Below are positions 8,856-16,339 of a DNA stretch of 32,000 nucleotides, piece by piece (within the stretch, counting starts at the first letter, position 1; each line of letters opens with the position of its first letter). This stretch comes from Desulfobulbus propionicus DSM 2032. Its GTDB lineage: Bacteria > Desulfobacterota > Desulfobulbia > Desulfobulbales > Desulfobulbaceae. The position numbers were made by a program, and so were the translations under genes. The stretch covers positions 720,001 through 752,000 of the forward strand of contig NC_014972.1 of assembly GCF_000186885.1 (NCBI RefSeq). The letters run 5' to 3'. Below the pieces are notes generated by a model that searched no databases, was not told the DNA's origin, and was given only the letters and a program-made list of their open reading frames with translations.

Positions 8856-9605
8856 GTGTCAGGACATTCGAAATGGAGCACGATCAAACGCAAGAAAGGG
8901 GCCAATGACGCCAAGCGGGGCAAGATATTCACCAAACTGATCAAGGAAATCACCATTGCCGCCAAGATGGGCGGAGGCGATCCCGAGGGAAATCCGCGGC
9001 TGCGCAGCGCGATCACGGTCGCCAAAAGCGAAAACATGCCCAAGGAAAACATCGATCGGGCGATCAAGAAGGGAACTGGTGATCTTGGCGGCGCGGTCTA
9101 CGAGGAAATCCTCTACGAGGGATACGGTCCGGGCGGTGTCGCGGTTCTGGTGGAGACCATGACCGACAACAAGAACCGTACAGTTGCCGATATCCGGCAT
9201 TTTTTCGCCAAGAGCGGCGGCAACCTCGGCGAATCGGGCTGTGTGGCCTGGATGTTTGACAAGAAGGGCACCATCTCGGTTGACAAGGCTGGCGTCAACG
9301 AGGAGCAGTTGATGGACGTGGCCCTGGAGGCTGGAGCCGAGGACGTGGTCGAGGAGGAGGACAGCTTCCAGATCATTACCGCGCCCGAGTCCTTCAACGA
9401 TGTGGTCGACCAGTTGGAAAAGGGCAAGATCAAGTTTGCCGAGGCAACCCTGTCCATGGTTCCCAAGAACACCATCGAGGTGACCGAGGAGAAGGCGGCC
9501 CGTTCCTTGCTGCGGTTGCTGGACAATCTTGAGGACCACGACGACGTGCAAAAGGTGCATGCCAACTTCGATATCACCGACGAACTGATGGATCAGCTGT
9601 CCTGA
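8856..9605 (+). CDS. yebC: YebC/PmpR-family DNA-binding transcriptional regulator
   Basis: (GTG)[49 protein letters not shown] is the hallmark YebC N-terminus. 249 aa. Conserved position upstream of ruvC. Confidence 0.92.
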   Translation: MSGHSKWSTIKRKKGANDAKRGKIFTKLIKEITIAAKMGGGDPEGNPRLRSAITVAKSENMPKENIDRAIKKGTGDLGGAVYEEILYEGYGPGGVAVLVETMTDNKNRTVADIRHFFAKSGGNLGESGCVAWMFDKKGTISVDKAGVNEEQLMDVALEAGAEDVVEEEDSFQIITAPESFNDVVDQLEKGKIKFAEATLSMVPKNTIEVTEEKAARSLLRLLDNLEDHDDVQKVHANFDITDELMDQLS

Positions 9606-9627
9606 TCGTCTGCCCCCTGATGGTTGG

Positions 9628-10116
9628 ATGCGCATTCTAGGCATTGATCCCGGCTCGCGGGTAACCGGTTACGGCGTGATCGCCGCCAGGGGACATGAGA
9701 TCGGTTTTGTTGCCTGCGGCACCATTCGTACCGGCGAGGAAAGCGATTTCTCCCGCCGCCTGCTGACCATCTTTGAGGATCTCTGTGAGGTGATCAGTCT
9801 CCATCAACCGTCGGTTGCCGCCGTGGAGGATATGTTTGTCGACCGCAATCCGCGTTCGGCCCTCAAACTCGGCCATGCGCGCGGCGCGGCGGTGGTGGCG
9901 GCCCTGCACAACAAGCTGACGGTATTCGATTATCCGGCCCGCAAGGTCAAGCAGGCAGTTGCCGGCTATGGGCAGGCGGAAAAGGGACAGGTGCAGCACA
10001 TGGTGCGCACCCTGTTGCAGTTGGATGCCACCCCGTCAAAGGATGCAGCCGACGCTCTGGCCGTGGCCATCTGCCATGCGCACCATGCCGCCTTCAACCG
10101 GGGAGGGGGGGGATGA
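9628..10116 (+). CDS. ruvC: Holliday junction resolvase RuvC
   Basis: MRILGIDPGSRVTGYGVI..., ..AVEDMFV.., ..GYGQAEKGQVQHMV.., ..DAADALAVAICHA. Confidence 0.93.
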   Translation: MRILGIDPGSRVTGYGVIAARGHEIGFVACGTIRTGEESDFSRRLLTIFEDLCEVISLHQPSVAAVEDMFVDRNPRSALKLGHARGAAVVAALHNKLTVFDYPARKVKQAVAGYGQAEKGQVQHMVRTLLQLDATPSKDAADALAVAICHAHHAAFNRGGGG

Positions 10117-10168
10117 GTCCGATGTCGCCCCTTTCCCTTTCCGTATCGTTGTTTTCCCTTGCTTGCCC

Positions 10169-10795
10169 ATGATAGCCTCCTTAAGCGGTCTCGTTCAGTG
10201 GAAAGGACCCAACATGGCGATCCTTGATGTCAACGGCGTCGGATACGAGCTGTGTATTTCCGTCCGCACCTATGATGCCCTGCCGGAGGTGGGCGGAACC
10301 TGTTTTCTCCTGGTGCAGACCGTGGTCAGGGAAGACGCGATCAGCCTGTACGGGTTCAGCAGGAAAGAAGAAAAGGACCTGTTTCTCCTGCTGATCACCG
10401 TTTCCGGCATTGGGCCGAAATTGGCCCAGACCATCCTTTCCGGCATTGGGGTGGAGGCGCTCTGTGGGGCAATCACCGCCAAGGACTTGTCCCAGTTGAC
10501 CGCCCTGCCCGGCGTGGGCAAGAAGACGGCTCAGCGTCTGTGCGTGGAGTTGGGGGAAAAGGTTGGCGGAATCGGCGCGGGCCTGGCAATCGAGGGCACC
10601 CCGCCCCTGGTTGCTCCAGCGGGCGATTCCCAGGTAATGGCCGATGCGGCCTCGGCCCTGATCAATCTCGGCTATCCGCAGGCCATCGCGTGGCAGGCGT
10701 TGCGAAACGTCGAGCAGCAGTTGCCGCCGGGAACGGATGCGCCCCGCGTGGAGGAACTGATTCGCCAGGCCCTGCGCTCGCTTGCCGGAAAATAA
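10169..10795 (+). CDS. ruvA: Holliday junction DNA helicase subunit RuvA
   Basis: MIASLSGLV...VNGVGYEL...LYGF..KEEKDLFLLLITVSGIGPKLA..ILS...LPGVGKKTAQRL. The ORF-track ORF 9959..10795 carries a spurious upstream extension overlapping ruvC. ATG at 10169. Confidence 0.92.
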   Translation: MIASLSGLVQWKGPNMAILDVNGVGYELCISVRTYDALPEVGGTCFLLVQTVVREDAISLYGFSRKEEKDLFLLLITVSGIGPKLAQTILSGIGVEALCGAITAKDLSQLTALPGVGKKTAQRLCVELGEKVGGIGAGLAIEGTPPLVAPAGDSQVMADAASALINLGYPQAIAWQALRNVEQQLPPGTDAPRVEELIRQALRSLAGK

Positions 10796-10828
10796 CGGGG
10801 AAGCGATGGATCGGTTTGAGGAGAGGGC

Positions 10829-11896
10829 ATGAAGCGTGAGGAGCACCTGACCGGCAAGCGATTAGTCGCCGGCGGCGAACATCCGGAGGATCTGGGCATC
10901 GGAACGGAAATTCGGCCGCGGCGATTGGAGGAATACATCGGCCAGGATCAGGTCAAGCAGAGCCTGCGGGTGTTCATCCAGGCTGCCCTGCAGCGGGGCG
11001 AACCCCTGGATCATGTTCTCTTCCACGGCTTTCCCGGACTCGGCAAAACCACTCTGGCCTACATCATCGCCAACGAGATGGGGGCGGGCATCAAGGTGAC
11101 CTCCGGGCCGGTGATCGAGCGACCCGGCGACCTGGCCGCCATCCTCACCAGCCTGCAAGCCGGCGATGTCCTGTTCATCGATGAAATTCATCGTCTCAAC
11201 CATGTGGTCGAGGAGATCCTCTATCCGGCCATGGAGGATTTTCAGCTTGACCTGGTGATCGGCCAGGGGCCGGGGGCACGGTCAGTGAAAATGGACCTGC
11301 CGCGTTTCACCCTGGTCGGCGCCACCACCCGCACCGGCCTGCTCACCCCGCCTCTGCGGGATCGCTTCGGTGTTGTGCTCCGACTGGAGTACTACAGCCC
11401 GGAGCAACTGGTGACCATCATTCAGCGCACGGCCCGCCTGTTCAGGATCGAAATCGACGAGGACGGCGCGATGGAACTGGGGCGCCGCTCGCGGGGCACG
11501 CCGCGGATCGCCAATCGGTTGCTCCGTCGGGTCCGCGATTTTTCCGAGGTGGGGGGGCACCGGGTCGTGACTCGGGAGGTGGCCGACGCGGCCCTGACCA
11601 TGCTCAATGTCGATCCGCTCGGCCTGGACGAGATGGATCGACGAATCCTCTTGACCCTGATCGAGAAATTCCAGGGCGGCCCCATTGGTCTGGAAACCCT
11701 GTCCACCGCCGTCTGCGAGGAAAAAACCACGCTTGAGGATGTCTACGAGCCGTTTCTCATTCAATCCGGTTTCCTTGTCCGCACCCCCCGGGGGCGAATG
11801 GCCACCGCCGCCGCCTACGAGCATTTCCGGCTGCCCCTCGCGCCGCCGGCCACACCGCAGCCAAACCTGTTTGATCTTTCGTTGAAAAAATCCTGA
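10829..11896 (+). CDS. ruvB: Holliday junction DNA helicase RuvB (AAA+)
   Basis: [15 protein letters not shown]..., Walker [12 protein letters not shown], Walker [11 protein letters not shown], ..[10 protein letters not shown].., ..[16 protein letters not shown]. Confidence 0.95.
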   Translation: MKREEHLTGKRLVAGGEHPEDLGIGTEIRPRRLEEYIGQDQVKQSLRVFIQAALQRGEPLDHVLFHGFPGLGKTTLAYIIANEMGAGIKVTSGPVIERPGDLAAILTSLQAGDVLFIDEIHRLNHVVEEILYPAMEDFQLDLVIGQGPGARSVKMDLPRFTLVGATTRTGLLTPPLRDRFGVVLRLEYYSPEQLVTIIQRTARLFRIEIDEDGAMELGRRSRGTPRIANRLLRRVRDFSEVGGHRVVTREVADAALTMLNVDPLGLDEMDRRILLTLIEKFQGGPIGLETLSTAVCEEKTTLEDVYEPFLIQSGFLVRTPRGRMATAAAYEHFRLPLAPPATPQPNLFDLSLKKS

Positions 11897-12074
11897 CCAT
11901 TCTCCGGTCGCCGTTCTTTTTTTCCTCCGTTTTCCTCCTTGCTGTCCGGTCCGCGCGGTGCGCAGCGTCGCTCGCCGGCCTGACGGCGTCACCACGGGCA
12001 GGTTTTTTCCTCTCGAAAAAGGTCGTCGCTTAAAACGGTTAGTCGGCGGCGAACAAAAAACGACAGGCCCTTCC

Positions 12075-12103
12075 TTGATTTTTACCATCGAAACCTCTTT
12101 AAT
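12075..12103 (+). promoter_or_regulatory. Candidate sigma70 promoter TTGATT-N17-TTTAAT for the 10-gene operon
   Basis: TTGATT at 12075-12080, 17-nt spacer, TTTAAT at 12098-12103, in the 325-nt gap after ruvB. Implies a leader of about 110 nt before ATG 12222. Confidence 0.4.
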
Positions 12104-12221
12104 TTCCTTACACTGCTTTGCCGCCTGCCCAATTGGATGGCAGGGCTTGGTGGTGCGACCGTTTGCTGCTTTGTCCCCCCTGCCGAAGGGGTCCTGTGAA
12201 CTCTTGTTGAGGCCAAACGCC

Positions 12222-13829
12222 ATGCGACAGCATTTCCTCCGGTACGCATTTTTTGTTGCCCTGTTCCTCGCGCTTGCTTTCGGGCAAGGTTCTGGTGCGG
12301 CGGAACAGCCCTCTGGCTCTCGGCCGCCAGCCAACGATGTTCTCCTGCCCATGCCGGGCGGCCGGACCATGGCCTTTAGGCCGGTCTGCATCGGGGAAGG
12401 AGGGGGATCCTACGCCTGGAAGCGGTTTCGTGTCGGCGATCCCGCAGGCGGCTACAAGGAATCGCCAACCGGAGTGGCGATCGGCGGAGCCTTCAAGGTC
12501 GGTTCATCGGCGTCGGAAGATTGGTGTTACTTCATCGGCAAGCATGAAGTGACCGAGGATCAGGTGTTTGCCGTGCTTCAGACGCCCAAGGAATTTGAAA
12601 ACAGTCAACTGCCGGTACGGAATCTGTCCTGGTTCGAGGCCTCGGACTTCATCAGGAAATACAATGAGTGGTTGAATGGCAATGCGCAAAAGGACCTGCC
12701 GATCCATGGCGGAGTTCCCGGCTTCCTGCGCCTGCCGACCGAATTTGAGTGGGAGTTTGCCGCCCGTGGCGGCAGCGAGGTGGACGCCGCCGGATTCGAT
12801 CGAAAAATGCCTTACCCTCCCGAGCGGCTGGCTGAATACGAATGGTTCGCCGGGCCCTCCTCGTCCCATAACAAGGTGCAAAAGGTGGGCCTGCTCAAGC
12901 CCAATGTCCTGGGGATCCACGACATGCTTGGCAATGTGGCCGAGATGACCGGCACCCTCTACCAGATCGAGTATTATCAAGGACGCAACGGTGGATATGT
13001 CGCCAAGGGCGGGCATTTTCTCACCGATGCCAATCAACTGCGTTCCTCGATGCGCACGGAGCAGGAATTTTACGCCCAGGATGCAAAAAACAAGACGGTT
13101 GTCCCGGCCAAGAAGGAAACCCTCGGGTTTCGCCCGGTGCTGGCCTCGCTGGTCTTTCCCAACCGGCAAGTCAGCTCACAGATGAGCGAGGATTGGGAGA
13201 TCTACCGTCAGGGGGCGGCGCAAACGCTGCCGGCGGCGACCTCCACCAGTTCAACCAGCGCCAAGGCGCAGGTTTCGGGGACCGATGCCGGCGCGCATCT
13301 GCAACGACTCAAGAAGGCCTTGGCCGATGCGGGCACCATGAGCGCTTCAGTCCAACAAGAGCTCGACCTGCTGGCCGCTTCCCTGAACGACATCCAGTTC
13401 ACCATCAAGCAGGCGGAGCAGGACTCGGCCTACTCCTGGGTCAAGATCGGCGGCGAACAGGCCTTTTTCATCTCCAAGGAAGCGAGGAAATTGCCGATTC
13501 TGGAAAATCTGCTCCAATCCGCCCAGAGTGCGCAGCGGACCGAAGTCGTCGACAAATACAGGGAGCGCGAGATGGAGATCCGGCAGAATATCGACCAGGC
13601 CATGTCCTCCTATACCGAGTCGATTCGCCAGCTTGGCACGGTTTCCGAAACCGCGGTCAACGACGGGTTTGATCGCTATGTCCAGTTTTTGAAAAAGCAC
13701 AACGCCGAACAGCAGATCAACCTGTTGGCAACGGTGCGTCGGCATGCCGGCGAATATCTCAAGGTCAAGCGGACCGACGATGAAACATGGAAAAAACAGT
13801 TGTTTGAATGGGCAAAGGAGAAGCGCTGA
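12222..13829 (+). CDS. Secreted FGE-sulfatase (SUMF1/PvdO-type) domain protein with C-terminal helical domain; FGE catalytic cysteines absent
   Basis: Signal peptide MRQHFLRYAFFVALFLALAFGQG. FGE-sulfatase signatures: VRNLSWFEASDFIRKYNEWL, LRLPTEFEWEFAARGG, GIHDMLGNVAEMT, KGGHF...LGFRPV. About 200 aa of helical C-terminus. The ORF track starts at 11958 but the upstream part is non-genic-looking. Confidence 0.8.
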   Translation: MRQHFLRYAFFVALFLALAFGQGSGAAEQPSGSRPPANDVLLPMPGGRTMAFRPVCIGEGGGSYAWKRFRVGDPAGGYKESPTGVAIGGAFKVGSSASEDWCYFIGKHEVTEDQVFAVLQTPKEFENSQLPVRNLSWFEASDFIRKYNEWLNGNAQKDLPIHGGVPGFLRLPTEFEWEFAARGGSEVDAAGFDRKMPYPPERLAEYEWFAGPSSSHNKVQKVGLLKPNVLGIHDMLGNVAEMTGTLYQIEYYQGRNGGYVAKGGHFLTDANQLRSSMRTEQEFYAQDAKNKTVVPAKKETLGFRPVLASLVFPNRQVSSQMSEDWEIYRQGAAQTLPAATSTSSTSAKAQVSGTDAGAHLQRLKKALADAGTMSASVQQELDLLAASLNDIQFTIKQAEQDSAYSWVKIGGEQAFFISKEARKLPILENLLQSAQSAQRTEVVDKYREREMEIRQNIDQAMSSYTESIRQLGTVSETAVNDGFDRYVQFLKKHNAEQQINLLATVRRHAGEYLKVKRTDDETWKKQLFEWAKEKR

Positions 13830-13889
13830 CCGGTTCGTTCAGGGATTGCGCGTTGAAGCCACACAGACGGCGGAGAAAAAGGAGAGCGT

Positions 13890-14558
13890 ATGAACAGGAA
13901 GGTATTGCTTGGCATGGTGCTGTGCACATCACTGGTGATCAACGGATGCGCCAACATCAAGGATGACGGGACCCGGACCAGGGTCGAGGGGACCGGGACC
14001 GGAGCGGCCATCGGCGCGGTGGCCGGAGGTGTGCTGGGACAACTCATCGGCGGAGATACCAAGGCCACCCTGCTGGGTGCGGCCATTGGCGCGGCCGTCG
14101 GCGGGGTGGGCGGGTATGCCTACGGAGATCATGTCGCTGGGCAAAAGGAGAAGTACGCCAAGGAAGAAGAGTGGCTGGAGGCATGCATCGCCCAAGCCAA
14201 GCAAAAGAACCAGGAGCTTGTCGCCTATAATCAGGATTTGTCCCGGCAGATAGCCACCCTGCAGGCAGAGACGGCCTCGCTGAGGAAAAAGGTCAAGGAC
14301 AAGACCGCCCGAACCGCCAAGCTCAAGGAGAACAAGAAGACCGCCGACAACCTGCTCGCCGCGGCGAACAAGGAGCTGGCCTCGGCCAAGACCGAGCTTG
14401 AAGCGCAGAATTCGGTGACAGCGGAAGCTAAAAAAAGCGGCCAGAACGATTATGCGGTGACGTTGGACAGCGAGATCGAAACCCTGAAGGGCAATATCAA
14501 GGAATTGGAACATCGAACCGAAGAGCTGGCCTCCATGTCCGCCAGCATGTCGGTGTAA
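13890..14558 (+). CDS. Lipoprotein with glycine-zipper segment and long coiled coil
   Basis: Lipobox LVINGC. Glycine zipper GTGAAIGAVAGGVLGQLIGG...LLGAAIGAAVGGVGGYAYG. Heptad-like K/E/A/L-rich C-terminal 140 aa. RBS AAAAGGAGAG before ATG 13890. Confidence 0.7.
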   Translation: MNRKVLLGMVLCTSLVINGCANIKDDGTRTRVEGTGTGAAIGAVAGGVLGQLIGGDTKATLLGAAIGAAVGGVGGYAYGDHVAGQKEKYAKEEEWLEACIAQAKQKNQELVAYNQDLSRQIATLQAETASLRKKVKDKTARTAKLKENKKTADNLLAAANKELASAKTELEAQNSVTAEAKKSGQNDYAVTLDSEIETLKGNIKELEHRTEELASMSASMSV

Positions 14559-14574
14559 TCCGAGGAGGGATGAT

Positions 14575-15069
14575 ATGGGAGCAATCCAAACAATGGTGCG
14601 CGCGCTGTGCATCGGCGCGCTGTTGACCGGGTGTGCGGGGCAGACGACCGATCCCCGTCAGGGCGGCCTGTTCAGTTACAATCCCGATGCCTATGAACAG
14701 CGGCTGCGCGACAGACGGGATCAGCTGACCCAGGTGGAACAGGCCAATCAATCGGAGGAGGCCCGAACCTCGGGACTGCGGGCGGAGCAGTCAGCGCAGC
14801 TGGAGGAGAAGGCGGCGCTCGAGCGGCAGCTGAAAAAGCTCTCCTCGTCCATCGCTTCGCTGGAAAAGGATGTCAAGAAAAAACGGGCCGCTACCGCCAC
14901 CCAGCAAAAGGAGCGGCAACGGATTTTGCATGAACTTCAGACACTCCAATCTTCCGCCAGAACTGCCGACGACATGGAAGATCCCGAAGAAAAACGGCTG
15001 GAGTTGGAGCGGTTGAAGGCCAAGCGCGACCAACTGGAAAAAGAGGCGTCCAACCTGATGAAACTGTAG
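14575..15069 (+). CDS. Small coiled-coil lipoprotein
   Basis: Lipobox ALLTGC. The remainder is E/K/R/Q/L-rich coiled coil (..LEEKAALERQLKKLSSSIASLEKDVKKK..RLELERLKAKRDQLEKE). RBS GAGGAGGG 5 nt before ATG 14575. Confidence 0.65.
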   Translation: MGAIQTMVRALCIGALLTGCAGQTTDPRQGGLFSYNPDAYEQRLRDRRDQLTQVEQANQSEEARTSGLRAEQSAQLEEKAALERQLKKLSSSIASLEKDVKKKRAATATQQKERQRILHELQTLQSSARTADDMEDPEEKRLELERLKAKRDQLEKEASNLMKL

Positions 15070-15081
15070 ACGGCTCGGCGC

Positions 15082-16326
15082 GTGCACCTCCTGCACCTGA
15101 GAACGCCCCGTCCCCCCGGAGACGGGCAAGACGGCGACGGTTCCTGGAAAAAGAGAACGCGCTTGCCGGTGGATGGTGGACGTGAACACCGCGTGCCCCC
15201 GGGGTTCCTCGCGGTTGTTTTCTGTTTTTGGGGATTGGTGATCGGTTGCGGCGCGCGTCCAATCCTGGCGGCACAAGGGGGAATGCCAGAGGAAGTGAGC
15301 GTTCTCGCCTCGGCCATGGAAGCAATTCGAACCCACGGCCTGAATGCGCCGCAGTCGACCCGAAAAATGGTTGACGATATTCTGCGGGCCTATGCCCACA
15401 GCGTCGACGACTATTCCGATTATCTGACGGCAACGGAATATGCCGCCTACCTGCAATCAACCAGTTCCGATTATTTCGGCGTGCAGATGGACCTGCAGAA
15501 ACGGCGCGACACCCTGCTGCTTTTTCCCTTCAGGGGCGGTCTCGCCGAGAAGAGCGGCATTGCGGCGGGTGATGAACTGATCGCGGTCGATGGCGTGCCG
15601 GTCTACGGCAAATCTGTGTATGTGGTGGGTGCTTTGATTCGCGGCACGGAAGGGGAAACGGTGCAGCTGACCCTGCGAACCGGCCGGGCCCTTGCCCGAA
15701 CCGTCACCCTCAGGCGCCAGCGGACCAGGTACCAGTCCGTTTCCTGGACGGCGTTGAATCAAGCCAACAGCATCCAGATAACCCGTTTCACCAAGGACAC
15801 GGAAACCCAGTTGCGCACGCTTCTGGCTCAGATGCCGGACGACGGCACGCCCCTGCTTATCGATGTGCGCGGCAATCAGGGCGGCAGCCTGATCAGCGCC
15901 CGCCAGTGCGCCGATCTCTTCGTGGAGCCGGGCACGGTGCTGTTTCGACTTCGCGATCGGGAGGGCACCAGGGCCATCCTTGCCGAACAGCCAAAGCAGA
16001 CAGCGGCGCGGCTGATCCTGATTCAGGACGGCGGCACGGCGAGCGCGGCCGAGGCCTTTATGGCTGCTCTGCGAAGCGGCGCTGGCGCGCTCACGGTGGG
16101 CTCGACCTCCTACGGCAAGGGGCTTGCCCAACGTTTCCTGCCCCTGTCCGACGGTTCGGCCCTGCTGCTCACCTATGCCGAAATGCTCACGGCGGACAAC
16201 CGGGCTTTCCATGAACGCGGTCTGGTGCCGGACATCGACCTGCCCCGAGAGCTGGCCGTCCGCGATTTCACCCAGGAAAGGGCTGTATCCGCTTTGCTCG
16301 ATTTCATCACGACCAACCAGGACTAA
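15082..16326 (+). CDS. S41-family C-terminal processing peptidase with PDZ domain (Ctp/Prc-like)
   Basis: PDZ GGLAEKSGIAAGDELIAVDGVPVYGKS. S41 motifs LLIDVRGNQGGSL, catalytic Ser context DGGTASAAEAF, Lys context GSTSYGKGLAQ. Start uncertain: GTG 15082 or in-frame GTG 15169. Either retains a hydrophobic leader ending LVIGC (possible lipobox). Confidence 0.85.
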   Translation: MHLLHLRTPRPPGDGQDGDGSWKKRTRLPVDGGREHRVPPGFLAVVFCFWGLVIGCGARPILAAQGGMPEEVSVLASAMEAIRTHGLNAPQSTRKMVDDILRAYAHSVDDYSDYLTATEYAAYLQSTSSDYFGVQMDLQKRRDTLLLFPFRGGLAEKSGIAAGDELIAVDGVPVYGKSVYVVGALIRGTEGETVQLTLRTGRALARTVTLRRQRTRYQSVSWTALNQANSIQITRFTKDTETQLRTLLAQMPDDGTPLLIDVRGNQGGSLISARQCADLFVEPGTVLFRLRDREGTRAILAEQPKQTAARLILIQDGGTASAAEAFMAALRSGAGALTVGSTSYGKGLAQRFLPLSDGSALLLTYAEMLTADNRAFHERGLVPDIDLPRELAVRDFTQERAVSALLDFITTNQD

Positions 16327-16339
16327 GGAGGAGAACCGC

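Noticed and set aside
11897-12010. T-rich tracts after ruvB that might be its terminator
   Set aside because: Only 4-bp stems can be drawn ahead of the T runs. This is not convincing as an intrinsic terminator.
12124-12155. CCTGCC-N9-GGCAGG inverted repeat and a TGGCAG element resembling a sigma54 -24 box in the operon leader
   Set aside because: No GC dinucleotide lies at the required GG-N10-GC spacing. The hairpin is short (6 bp) with no U-tract, so neither a sigma54 promoter nor a terminator is supported.
11282-12391. 369-aa minus-strand ORF spanning the ruvB 3' end and the intergenic region
   Set aside because: It overlaps the well-supported ruvB gene, has low-complexity Arg/Gly/Pro/Lys composition and no recognisable motifs.
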